Source of the DNA: Eledone cirrhosa
Taxonomy: Eukaryota
DNA: 64,000 nucleotides
Reading direction: 5' to 3'
Assembly (NCBI GenBank): GCA_964016885.1
Contig: OZ024754.1
Location: 45,136,001 to 45,200,000, forward strand
The position numbers and the translations under genes were made by a program. Below the pieces are notes generated by a model. It was not told the DNA's origin. It worked only from the letters and a program-made list of their open reading frames with translations, and ran no database searches. Positions 26,600-40,844 of the stretch are shown in pieces (the first letter of the stretch is position 1; the number at the start of each line of letters is the position of its first letter).

Positions 26600-26950
26600 T
26601 ACAAATATATAAAACGTACAGCAAACATCACTAAGAGGACCTGAACACGTGTTACGAAGATTATTTTCAACCCAATAGTAACATTAACTCCGACAACACT
26701 TCTACCTATAGCCATGCCACATACGGCTGTGGTTAGTAATGCAATGACGAGATGAAATTAAAACAAAAGGTTTGATAATATGAATAGCAATAATTTACAG
26801 ATTTTTATAAGGAATTAAATGGAAACTTAGCCAAGAATAAGCGAGACGAGATGAGAAAAGAGTTATGTGTTGGGTGGAAAATTGAGCTGAAGAAAAGATT
26901 TATAATATTGAAGGTGACTGCTTTCTCAGACTTAGAGATGAAATAAAATT
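26600..26950 (+). mobile_element. Highly decayed RTE-like ORF fragment
   Basis: Successive remnants TYGC, GIKW and RDEMRKE follow the order of RTE motifs YGCETW / IL.I.W / NEE.R, with stops and frameshifts. Confidence 0.4.
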
Positions 26951-27082
26951 CACATTAAGCAAGAAAATAATACATTAACAAAGGTGTTGGTAATAAACAG
27001 TGGAGTATATGTCCAGGTAAAAATGTTAGGTCCCTGGTGGCGCTCAATTATATTGATTAAATTGATTAAAATCACTGTATGA

Positions 27083-27247
27083 AATAATTGTTTCTACTTT
27101 AGGCACAAGGTCAGCAATTATCCCCCGTGCATTGCTGGTGTTTTATTTTATCGACAACGTAAGTAAGGATGAAAGGCAAAGTTAACCTCGTCTGGATTTG
27201 AATTCAGAACGTAACCGGCCATAACTCTATGCTGCAAAGCATGGTGT
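27083..27247 (-). mobile_element. Nin/Deu SINE subfamily A, 5'-truncated
   Basis: AATAATTGTTTCTACTTTAGGCACAAGG...GGATGAAAGGCAAAGTTAACCTCG...GATTTGAATTCAG. Confidence 0.9.
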
Positions 27248-27812
27248 TTATTTGTGGTTACTCCCGATTGAACTCGGGACACACACACACACACACACAC
27301 ACAGAGACAGAGAGAGAGAGAGATTAAATGATTACAACCATAGTATCCGATTAATTATATGCAAAGAAAACACGCACCAGGTTGGAATGAGAAAACATAA
27401 ACTACAAGAAGTAATAGCTGATGTGTGGTTGGCAACGTGAGTAATCTAGTCGCTATTTAATTATAGCTGGCACTTCTAAAGATACGTATTTCTTGACTCC
27501 TTATTTATGATTACTTGAGAAAGCCAATTAATTATATTCCCAATTATGAAGACTATATAGTATTTCTCCTTCTCTTGTTCTCTCTATAAACACACAGACA
27601 CACACATATATCGCGTATTATTATATATATATATATATATATATATAAATATATCATATATTTATTAATATCTGTATATATATTTATATATATATATCAT
27701 ATATATATCTGTATATATATATACATACATATACACATATATATATATATACACGCACACACACACGCGCGCACACACGCACATACACACGCCCACACCC
27801 ACACACACACAC

Positions 27813-27863
<51 letters not shown>

Positions 27864-28349
27864 GTGTGTGTGTCTCTACTTCTATTATGCCGCATCGATT
27901 TTTAAGAAAAACCACATATACAAACAAGTATGCGTGTACGTAGGTTATTGATTTCTTAATGCAAATGTTTCACTGTGTATGTGTGTGCGTTAACGTGTGA
28001 ACATCCATCGATATATTTCAAGCCTCTGTCTAGTATTCTTGTTCGTTACACTAATATATATAACAATATATATATATACATATATATATATATATTTTTA
28101 TATAGACATTAATAATTTTCAGGAGATATATTCATTTCCTTCCAAATATGTTTACCCGCTTTATCAAAAATTAATTATCTTTGTACACAAAAAGTAAATC
28201 AATAAATTAGAATATCTGATAACCCATTTATTGGGAGTTTAATTGGTGCTAAAATACAATACAGCTTTTCAGCAATATGTATATGTATGATGATACTTTT
28301 AACATTACTCTACCTGATACATTCATTTACTCTCGATTACATTAACAAG

Positions 28350-28395
<46 letters not shown>

Positions 28396-28644
28396 CACAC
28401 ACACACACATTTATATATATATATATATATAAATCAGGAAGTCACTCTTCTAATGCATCAAACGTTAAACTAATATACATTTTCATTGTACTGAGTTGTA
28501 TATATATATATATATATATATATACATAATAATATGTATGTATGCTGTATATGTGTGCATGTGTTTATGTATCTAAACAAGTGCGGGGGAGTCATTATGT
28601 ATATGGAAGTTTTCTGTAAATAAACACACACGCACACACACATG

Positions 28645-28677
<33 letters not shown>

Positions 28678-29102
28678 TAATATAATTATTATTCCTGGCA
28701 AGTATTTTATGCAAACTACTATTTATTCCGAGACATGTTTGGCTAACTTCCTAGAAAGCTCATTTGACGGGTTGGACAATACTTTCGACAGATTAGGTTC
28801 ATTATAAAGAAAATGCTTGCCAACATTTGCAAGGATTTCAAAACATCCCAACAGATAGTTTTCTACGAGGACGTGTAGAAAAACTTTAGAATCAGGAAAA
28901 CATTTTTTTACAAATACGATCGACATATTTAAAGACATTTATTTATACATTTGAATACATTAATATTTTCAATCCATTCTGTATCCCTTATCCTCCATAT
29001 ATATACATATATACATATATATATAACAAAGGAATTGTGGTAAGGAACCAAATGGACCATAACGCATCAGAGTACTCAATACTTAGGGTAGTAGAGTGGG
29101 AA

Positions 29103-29163
29103 ATAGGAAAAAGTATGACCCCGACGGCAGGAGCTCTGTCGTCGGGGTCATACTTTTTCCTAT
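29103..29163. mobile_element. 61-bp hairpin / mini-MITE (28-bp arms, 5-nt loop)
   Basis: ATAGGAAAAAGTATGACCCCGACGGCAG-GAGCT-CTGTCGTCGGGGTCATACTTTTTCCTAT; the only imperfection is one G.T pair, and TA lies at both ends. Confidence 0.8.
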
Positions 29164-29349
29164 ATATATATAAGGATAGGAAATAACCAAATTTATAGAA
29201 CTCAACATATTAGTAGAGAATATACATATTTCCTTTTTAATATAGACAGGATTTCTTGAGTGAAAGAACAGTTTCATACCTATTATATTGTCAGAAATGT
29301 CCTGATGATTTGATACAAATAAGTTGTAGTCTTGTTGCAAATATTTTTG

Positions 29350-29380
<31 letters not shown>

Positions 29381-29477
29381 TATATACATATCAAAGGTAT
29401 ATATTGAGTTAGGAACTCAAAATAGTCTCTTATAACAAAATAGCTCTAAGAAAGAGATATTTCCGAGCCGTATATTA

Positions 29478-29651
29478 TAATTGTTTCTACTTGTGGCACA
29501 AGGCCAGCAATTATCTCAGTGTATTACTGGTACTTCATTTTATCGACCCTGTAAGGATGAAAGGCAAAGTTGACTTCGGCGGGATTTGAACTCAGATCAT
29601 AAAGGGAGGTAACTCTATGCTTCAAAGCATGGTGTCCGGCCCTCCACCGCC
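29478..29651 (-). mobile_element. Nin/Deu SINE subfamily A with 15-bp TSD and head deletion
   Basis: TSD GCCGTATATTATAAT at 29467 and 29649. The head reads GGCGGTGGA|GGGCCGGAC, lacking TTGGCAGTATCGGTAGA. Confidence 0.93.
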
Positions 29652-29932
29652 GTATATTATAATAGAATATAAAAAAAAAACGAACACAGATCTATACATA
29701 TGTGTTCAAATCGCAAGGGACCAGATTCGCTAAGGTGAAAAGAATACTAACTATAGACAATTGGGTTTGCTTGTCTCAATTTAAGAAAAAATCAAGAAAA
29801 TAAATACAAACCGGAATTGTGGTAACTACCAATCACCCAGACAACTTGGTGTTGTTTTGCAATGTTAATTGTGAATAGAATTACCAATTCAAGTTCATAT
29901 ATAAGCTATTATATATATATATATATTATATA

Positions 29933-29974
<42 letters not shown>

Positions 29975-30192
29975 AGTGTGTGTGGTACACGTGAACGTAA
30001 CAAAGCGAGCAAGTGCGTGCATACACGTGTTTGTTTGGTATGCTGTACAATATACATTACTATCACAAACCATTAAAAGTATAATATTGTACAACGTGTA
30101 ACATATGTCCTATAGTTATATATGTACAATTGATAAGTTCATTCAGTATTATTGATTGGTGCTTTGTTTTTATATCATTTATGTATATATAC

Positions 30193-30226
<34 letters not shown>

Positions 30227-31118
30227 TTTATTGTGTTATATGTAGAGTTGTCGCACACACATTTTATCTTCATTTATACTATTGTTACAACTCTTATCAA
30301 TCCCTGCTTTAAGTCTTTTGGCCAAGTCTAGACTGTGGTTCATTTTTCTTCTGAAATTATTACTTAAGTGTTTTACGTTTTGGCGTATGTTTACTATTAT
30401 TCAATTTTCCGTATTTCATTTATTCAATTATTTTCCCGTTCTTAGAGATTTTTGTTTATTATTTTGGTCTTTTAAATAGTTGTTTTCTTCTTTTTTCTTC
30501 TTAATTTTTTTTTATTTTTTACTTTGATAGGAATGTCACACACACAAAAACATATATAAATATACACATACATATATAAATATATATATACACATGTGTG
30601 TGTATACATATATATATTGAAAATATGTGTATGCATATATATACATATATATATGTGTGTTTATATATATATATATATATATGAATATATTTGTTTATAT
30701 ATATATATATATCAATCAGTACTGCAAAAATTCAGACACTTGCCCTTTCAAACCATCCTGCACTGTACACTCTGAGTGTGTGTGGAGTAAGGTTACTGGA
30801 TACGGTGGTTGACTCTGCCGTTAGATAGTCACTCCTGTTAGTGCCTCTACTTTCGAAAATTGTGATGACACACATCTAATAGTACTGACATTTTTATAGA
30901 ACGTCTAAGGAACCAATCGCTGGACAGTCGAACGATCTGGCAGGGCACCAGCGGGAGACCCCGAGCAAGTTGGTTGTATAAAATCAATGAGCTCGACTGG
31001 TCTCGCATAGTATCCAGCCGGATGATTTCAAGACAGGATCCGCTAATTGGCGTGCTTCAGGACACTACATCCACGGAACCCCAGGAATAAGTGTAAGAGA
31101 TTGAACACGCACATACAT

Positions 31119-31149
<31 letters not shown>

Positions 31150-31197
31150 TACATACATACATACATACATACATACATACATACATACATACATACA

Positions 31198-31229
<32 letters not shown>

Positions 31230-31261
31230 GAAGTAGTTCCACAACAGTTAGTTCACCATAC

Positions 31262-31299
31262 CAGGAACAAATGTTTCACCTTATTCGGATCCTCAGCTG
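31262..31299 (-). ncRNA. Degenerate hammerhead-like motif
   Basis: rc CAG-CTGAGGA-TCC(GAATAA)GGT-GAAA-CATTTG-TT-C-CTG; core present, stems imperfect. Confidence 0.35.
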
Positions 31300-31351
31300 C
31301 ATGTATTGTACTATATAAATAACTACATCTATCTATTTCTCTCTCTCTCTT

Positions 31352-31391
<40 letters not shown>

Positions 31392-31816
31392 TCTCAATAT
31401 ATATTCAGAGAGCAAGAGAGAGACAGAGAAGGAAATTGCAAAAGCACACACTACACATATATAAAGACAGATATATATGATATAAGGACAATTGAATAAT
31501 AATAAGAAGAAGAGGAAGAAAATGAACAAAGTAAACACTTTTCTATTAATATTTCTATTGTTATATTTCACTGATATTGTTTTGTTGTATCGAATAGACG
31601 TCTTTTTATGGAAGATACTTTGAAAGTAACGCCATGAACATTTGATTAATGACGACTATGGAACTAATGTTTGCTCTAATCACCACCACTGTTGTCTCAA
31701 CCTTGCAATACCTTAACACTACATAATCATTATTTTACTTTCTCGTCTTTAAATACACCCTTTATGCTCACTCTCACTCTCTCTCTCACACTCACTTCTC
31801 TCTCTCTCTCACACTC

Positions 31817-31886
<70 letters not shown>

Positions 31887-33392
31887 CGCCCTTTCTCTTT
31901 GATACCTTCCTCTATCGTGCATTTAAACTTGTACTTCATGATTTAAACAATCTCTAGAATTCATGCAGTTTCTGGTCTTCTATATAATTCCCTCAAATAT
32001 CCTCAATATCTTTTCTCTCTCTCGCAACCTATCGTACTCTCTACCCCCCTCTCTCTCGCAACCTATCGTACTCTCTATCTTCCTCTCTCTTTCACATTTT
32101 TCATATTCTTTTTCATTTCTTTTATTCTCTCTCCATATGCTTTTATAACTTTTTATATGGAATTCTATCAGTCACATTTATTCGTTATTTTTTTTTGTTA
32201 CCATTGCTAACTTCTTTCCCATCCATTTATATTCATTTAACACAATTACTGTTCAAATTGAACACAACTAAAATTATTTATGCACTATTCAATTCAATGT
32301 CATCTCTCTCTCAATTCCTTCACCGTCATCATCACAATCATCTTGAATATCATCACAATCATCTTCAACAATATCATCATCCTGATAATAATGATGATGA
32401 TGATGATTATCATCATCACCTTCATCATTTTCGTCATCAATACATTAATCGTAATTCAGCAAACAACACCAACATTCGAGGGTTGAAGAGGAACTTTGTA
32501 ATGACTGATTGCTACATCTCTTTGCCTAACACTTAACATAGACTTTGCAATGGAGATTTAACATGGAGTTTCTTCAATAAATAGAGCAATCTCACTTGTG
32601 TCCTGTGTAAATGGGTTAGAACTCCCACCTCCCATAGCTATGGTGCCTTTCCAGAGAACCTGACGCCGCTGTACACAAGATCCACACAATCAATATTTTC
32701 TATATTTAAAACTTTTCCAACTCAAAGAATTCTGTATGTATAGAGGGTATAACGGAATTCCGGGAGAGAGGTAAATAAATGATTATTTTTTTATGGTCCC
32801 TGTTCCTGTCGTTTCTGTGAATGTTCCTGATAATCTAAGAATGAAAAAAAATCACTGATCACCATTTACTTATCTACAAACTGAAACGTGTTTCACCCTC
32901 GTGCGGTAGAGAGAATACTGTGCTAATCTAATTCTAGGCCTGACAACATATTCTGAGTACATATTCTGATACCATGAAGGAGTGCATCACTGGCCGAAGT
33001 CTAACATCATGCAAGCTAAGGTTATCAGATTAATTAAATCACTATTTTACACTCACTCCTGTATCACGCTGCTGAGAAGACAAGATTGCATTAATTATGC
33101 ATTAAATCTGCACATTCTTGTGGAATATGTTGCAACATGTTAATTCAATAAACATGTAGACTGAATAACTAAAAAGCTGTTCGTCAAATCAGGTGTAGGA
33201 TCCATTTCCGTTTGATATTTCATTTGCCATCCGAACAATAAACATGAAAAATATAAGGTGGAAACAAAATGTTCGATCCTCAGAACTAAAGAAATAACGA
33301 ATGGATGAATCGAAAAAGAGGAAAAAAGAGAAAAGTAAAAAGAAAATATAGACAAAGACCTAAATAAAAGTAATAATAAAATTATATACATA

Positions 33393-33432
<40 letters not shown>

Positions 33433-33639
33433 CATATATATATACATTTATAAATGAGTGTATGATTGTATGTTATGTACGTATATATAAAATAAATGCA
33501 TATATATGTCTCTCTCTCTCTCTCACTCTCTCTCTAAAAATAAGTGTGTGCATGTGTATTATGTACGTATATATATAATATATGCATATATATATATATA
33601 TATATATACATTTATAAATAAGTGTATGCATGTGTGTTA

Positions 33640-33690
<51 letters not shown>

Positions 33691-34096
33691 GTATATTCAT
33701 AGATACTCCAAGATAAAAACGACAATATGCTGGCTTTCAGGTGAAAGAAAACTGTTTACGAATTTCTGAAATGACATCGATTATTTCAGGAAGAAATGTC
33801 TTTATATTTCTCCCCTTTTAAGATGAGGCGGAGGTGTTTCATTTTTCTTCTTATCATAGCTTCATTCTTTTCACACCAGCTTCATTCAACCCAGTTTTTT
33901 CTACCATTTAAACACATCTAAACCATTCAGTGATTAAGACGTTTCCCTCCTCCAAAAGTTTCAATCTGATTTCTTATATTTTATATCTTAATTCTTCCTT
34001 CAAGTTTTCCAGGTATATTTCTCTCTTTTATTTTACTTCTCTTCTTTCTCTCTAACTTTTCTTTCTTTCTTTCACATCTTTTTCACTTTCTCCGAC

Positions 34097-34187
34097 TTTG
34101 TTTGTTTGTTTGTTTGTTTGTTTGTTTGTTTGTTTGTTCTTGTTTTCTTTCTTTCTTTCTTTCCGGGGTTCATCGATCTGCTGTTGT

Positions 34188-34231
<44 letters not shown>

Positions 34232-34246
34232 TTGTTACTGCCGCTG

Positions 34247-34278
<32 letters not shown>
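34097..34278. repeat. (TTTG)n followed by (TAC)n microsatellites
   Basis: Visible directly in the sequence. Confidence 0.95.
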
Positions 34279-34279
<1 letters not shown>

Positions 34280-35112
34280 ATGACATTGTCATAGATCTTG
34301 TAATGACACTTTCCTATAATGTTAGGTCTATGTTACATCTGCTTCACCTTCGCTGAAGCAGACATAATTATTGGCGGAGACTATGGAAGAGGATATGATA
34401 TACTTTATATATATAATTTGTCGATCGACTTTCGTGAAATCGGACCGAAGAAACAATGTTTCCGTTGGTCATTCCAATTGCTAACATATATATTGCTTTC
34501 ATTTATTGATATCCTTGTTGTTTGTGTAGTTTAGCCCCAGGTCCCATGCATTCATGGCAATTCCCTTTTATGTCTTTTTTTTCTTTGTTTTATCAGGGCC
34601 AATGAGATTCTAGATTGTAGTCTTCAGTTATATATCGGCCCAAACGGGTTGCACTAGGATTTGAAAGACAATCTGAATCGTCATGACCCTATATTTTATG
34701 GAAACGTTGTGTATATAATGTCCTCTAAATTCTAACCTCCCCACGAAGAAAATCTCTTTTTACATGTATAATTTTCTACAAGTATATATATAGGTGTCGT
34801 TTGCCAGCTAGGAACACCAGTTTAATAAAGGAACCATTATAAAACTGGACTGTCATATCAGGTGCAAGGAGACATTTTAAAGAAAAATCGTTACTTAACG
34901 AAATATGGTCATGTTTAGAGGAGAGTTCTCCTCAAGAGCATTAATTAACTTTTAACTTTATTCATTATATATACACATCGATTCAAACCAGGTAGTGCTG
35001 TAGCTTTATACTTTAGGATTTGTTTCGGAAGTTACTACCATTGTTCTTGAGGAGAGCACTCCACGAAATATCCCAATAATTTGTGAATTAACGATTTTTC
35101 TTTAAATTTCTT

Positions 35113-35742
35113 TCTGCGGCTGATGAGCGAATTGTCAGGTCACCAGTTGGTGCTACTGGTAACATGTATCCCAGTACAACCTGTCTCATGGTCGGGTCGT
35201 TGGCGACTAAACTGGCAACCCCACCAAGGTTTCTTGGTGAGGAGGGTGACTTTGGACATCCTACAGGACTAAAAACAAAACCTGTCAAAGGGCAAAGGAG
35301 CTCTTAAGAGTCAATGGCTATCCAAAATCACCGGGAGAGATGACCCCTTAGCCTTTGTCAAGGCAGAATTCTAGGAGAAGGAAAACTCTGATATAACACC
35401 TGCAACCCTGATGGTATCCAATGATGTTGACTTGTTCTTCTTTTTGGTAAATATCATCTTGGTTAAGAGAGTGGGACTGGCTTTGTGCAGTGCCTTTGCT
35501 CACTATAAAAGTTTCACAGCACAGGCAATGCTTTATATCTGGAGATCTCTCTGCACTTGTCGTCACATGGTACCATGGGCCCAGCACTATGTGTCAATAA
35601 TTGTCACAGGTGTAGTGTTTGTACCAGAGTTTTCAAGTCGCTGGCTGGACTAAAAAGTCACACTTGTTCAGCGCATCAGTAGGGGTTCTCCTACATGGAT
35701 ATAAAGTAGTGGCCGTACTCGAAAACGAGTTGGCAGCCACCA
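35113..35742 (+). mobile_element. Bipartite non-autonomous RTE derivative (RTE 5'UTR fused to RTE 3' end)
   Basis: The 5' part carries the RTE 5'UTR motif CTAGGAGAAGGAAAACTCTGA (~35370). The 3' part encodes the C2H2 finger [22 protein letters not shown] (35611-35676) and ends in the stem-loop ACTCG-AAAA-CGAGT plus a microsatellite tail. Confidence 0.75.
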
Positions 35743-36066
35743 TATATATGTATATTTATATATATGTATATATATGTATATATATGTATATATATGTATG
35801 TATATATGTATGTATATGTATATATATGTATGTATATGTATATATATGTATATATATGTATATATATGTATGTATATGTATGTATATGTATGTATATGTA
35901 TATATATGTATATATATATATATATGTATGTATATGTATATATATATATGTATATATATGTATATATATATATATGTATATATACGTATATATATGTATG
36001 TATATATACGTATATATATGTATGTATATGTATGTATATGTATATATATGTATATGTATATATATG

Positions 36067-36097
<31 letters not shown>

Positions 36098-36138
36098 GTA
36101 TGTATATGTATGTATATGTATGTATATGTATATATATG

Positions 36139-36169
<31 letters not shown>

Positions 36170-36186
36170 GTATGTATATATGTATG

Positions 36187-36217
<31 letters not shown>

Positions 36218-36242
36218 GTATATATATATGTATATATATATG

Positions 36243-36273
<31 letters not shown>

Positions 36274-37280
36274 GTATATATATATGTATATATATATGTA
36301 TATATGTATATATATATGTATATATATGTATGTATATATGTATATATATATGTATATATATGTATGTATATATGTATATATATATATATGTATGTATATA
36401 TATATATATATGTATGTATATATGTATATATATATATATATGTATGTATATATATATATATATGTATGTATATATGTATATATATATATATATGTATGTA
36501 TATATATATATATATGTATATATATATGTATATATATGTATATATATGTGTATATATATGTATATATATATGTGTATATATATGTGTATATATATGTATA
36601 TATATATGTGTATATATATGTATATATATATGTGTATATATATGTATATATATATGTGTATATATATGTATATATATATGTGTATATATATGTATATATA
36701 TATGTGTATATATATGTATATATATGTATATATATGTATATATATGTATATGTATATATATATGTGTATATATATGTATATATATGTATATATATATGTA
36801 TATATATATGTATATATATATGTATATATATATGTATATATATATGTATATATATATGTATATATATATGTATATATATATGTATATATATATGTATATA
36901 TATATGTATATATATATGTATATATATATGTATATATATATGTATATATATATGTATATATATATGTATATATATATGTATATATATATGTATATATATA
37001 TGTATATATATATGTATATATATATGTATATATATATGTATATATATATGTATATATATATGTATATATATGTGTATATATATGTGTATATATATGTGTA
37101 TATATATGTATATATATATGTATATATATATGTATATATATATATATATATGTATATATATGTATATGTATATATATATGTATATATATATATGTATATA
37201 TATGTATATATATGTATATATATGTATATATATGTATATGTATATATATATGTATATATATATATGTATATATATATATG

Positions 37281-37311
<31 letters not shown>

Positions 37312-37610
37312 GTGTGTATATATATATGTGTATATATATATATGTGTATATATATATATGTGTATATATATATATGTGTATATATATATATGTGTATATA
37401 TATATATGTGTATATATATATATGTGTATATATATATATGTGTATATATATATATGTGTATATATATGTATGTATATATATGTATATATATGTATGTATA
37501 TATATGTATATATATGTATGTATATATATGTGTATATATATATATGTATATATATGTATATGTATGTATGTATATATATGTGTATATATATATATGTATA
37601 TATATGTATG

Positions 37611-37641
<31 letters not shown>

Positions 37642-37842
37642 GTATGTATATATGTATGTATATGTATGTATATATGTATGTATATGTATGTATATATGTA
37701 TGTATATATGTATGTATATATGTATATATATGTATGTATATATATATGTATGTATATATATATATATGTATGTATATATATATATATGTATGTATATATA
37801 TATGTATGTATATATATATGTATGTATGTATATATATATATG
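35742..37842. repeat. 2.1-kb interrupted (TA)n/(TATG)n array
   Basis: Visible directly; begins exactly at the RTE-derivative 3' end. Confidence 0.97.
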
Positions 37843-37877
37843 TTGAAAATTGCAAACTTGACTGTCACCACACATTA

Positions 37878-37916
37878 TGAACCTGACGATTGCGAAAGCA
37901 TGAACGTACTTGTTCA
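37878..37916 (+). ncRNA. Minimal type I hammerhead, one core substitution
   Basis: TGAAC-CTGACGA-TTGC(GAAA)GCAT-GAAC-GTAC-TT-GTTCA: perfect 5-bp stem I, palindromic GTAC loop 3, GAAA changed to GAAC. Confidence 0.6.
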
Positions 37917-38549
37917 ATTAACACTTAACATTTAATATTCTATCATACTATTTCATTATAATACCATTATAAATTTTAAAGGATTGTAAATAAAACGAGT
38001 AAATCAGACAAAGTTGGAATTCCTCTTATTAATATATATATATACACATATTCATGCACAAATCTTTATATAAGTATATACATAATATCTCATATATTTC
38101 ATATAAGTATATACATACATATGCATATATGGCTGTGTGTGTTCCCTTGTGTTTTTTGTATACATGTATATGTGAATATATATATGCGTTCATGAAAACA
38201 CCCATAGTTACACACAAACACACACAAATATAAATAGATATATATATGTATATATATATATATGTATGTATGTATGTATGTATATATGTATACATGTATA
38301 AGAATGTGTACATTTGTGTATGCGTACGTCTATTTGGTAATATACTAAATTATATTATACTGGATGTTTACAGTTGTTTTACATTGTTGTGTGCGCACTT
38401 TTATATAAGATTACATACAAAGGTTGTTTTCTTGCTGAAATATTCCTATTTCACCTCATATTCATACAACACATTCTATCTGTTATTCCTTAAACATAAA
38501 TATATATATACTGAAACACACATACAGACACATGCACACTTAAACAACA

Positions 38550-38629
<80 letters not shown>

Positions 38630-38729
38630 ATGAGAAAATGAGAGTGAGTGAGAAAGATAAATTGGGATAAAGCTAGATAGACTAATGTATAGATGCATTG
38701 ATATATATATTAATATAGATATATATATA

Positions 38730-38785
<56 letters not shown>

Positions 38786-38787
38786 TG

Positions 38788-38826
<39 letters not shown>

Positions 38827-39094
38827 GGATAGATAGCCAGATGGATAGATAGCCAGATGGATGGATGAATAGATAGATATATAGTTGTATAAATATTTTA
38901 CATGTACCAAACTGTATAATTTCATTTCGGGCTTTCTTTTCATGATTTCATTTAATTGTAAAACTGATTTTCAATAAAGTTTCTGCTTGAGTGGTTCGAA
39001 TTTAATATGGCAATACATGCACGTCGGGATGTAGCTGCAGCATTGAGAACAACTTTGTTGTGTTTGCCTTTAATATATTTATTAATTTGGTGTG

Positions 39095-39327
39095 TACATA
39101 TATGTATATATATATATATATATATATAATGTGTGTATATATATATGTGTGTATATATATATGTGTGTATATATATATATGTGTGTATATATATATATAT
39201 GTGTGTATATATATATATATATGTGTGTATATATATGTGTGTGTATATATATATATGTGTATATATGTATATATATATGTGTATATATGTATATGTATAT
39301 ATATATGTATATATGTATATATATATG

Positions 39328-39384
<57 letters not shown>

Positions 39385-39421
39385 GTATATGTATATATAT
39401 ATGTATATATATATGTATATA

Positions 39422-39456
<35 letters not shown>

Positions 39457-39685
39457 ATATATGTATATATATATATATGTATATATATATGTATATATGT
39501 ATATATATATGTATATATATATGTATATATATATGTATATATATATGTATATATATATGTATATATATATGTATATATATATGTATATATATGTATATAT
39601 ATATGTATATATATATGTATATATATGTATATATATATGTATATATATATGTATATATGTATATATGTATATGTATATATATATG

Positions 39686-39724
<39 letters not shown>

Positions 39725-39817
39725 GTATATATATATGTATATATATATGTATATATATATATGTATATATGTATGTATATATGTATATATATATATGTAT
39801 ATATGTATGTATATATG

Positions 39818-39850
<33 letters not shown>

Positions 39851-40017
39851 GTATGTATATATGTATATATATATATATATGTATGTATATATGTATATAT
39901 ATATATATGTATGTATATATGTATATATATATATATGTATGTATATATGTATGTATATATATATATATATATGTATGTATATATGTATGTATGTATATAT
40001 ATATATATATATGTATG

Positions 40018-40048
<31 letters not shown>

Positions 40049-40361
40049 ATATGTATGTATATATGTATATATATATGTATGTATATATGTATATATATAT
40101 GTATGTATATATGTATATATATATGTATGTATATATGTATGTATATATGTATGTATATATGTATATATATATATGTATATATGTATATGTATATATGTAT
40201 GTATATATGTATGTATATATGTATGTATATATGTATATATATATATGTATATATGTATATGTATATATGTATATATATATATGTATATATGTATGTATAT
40301 ATGTATATATATATATATATATATGTATGTATATATGTATGTATATATGTATATATGTATG

Positions 40362-40406
<45 letters not shown>

Positions 40407-40423
40407 GTATATATATATATATG

Positions 40424-40512
<89 letters not shown>

Positions 40513-40627
40513 GTATATATATATATGTATATATATGTATATATATATATGTATATATATATATGTATATATATGTATATATATATATGTATATATATGT
40601 ATATATATATATGTATATATATATATG

Positions 40628-40676
<49 letters not shown>

Positions 40677-40709
40677 GTGTATATATATATATATGTATGT
40701 ATGTATGTG

Positions 40710-40742
<33 letters not shown>

Positions 40743-40745
40743 GTG

Positions 40746-40776
<31 letters not shown>

Positions 40777-40779
40777 GTG

Positions 40780-40810
<31 letters not shown>

Positions 40811-40813
40811 GTG

Positions 40814-40844
<31 letters not shown>

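Noticed and set aside
28723-28938. 71-aa ORF with NVGKHFL, reminiscent of a Penelope ORF motif
   Set aside because: Only one short motif matches; the flanking WFNPP and KHFP motifs are absent.
32195-32536. His/Asp-rich 113-aa ORF
   Set aside because: Derived from a degenerate (CAT/GAT)n microsatellite; no splice or domain support.
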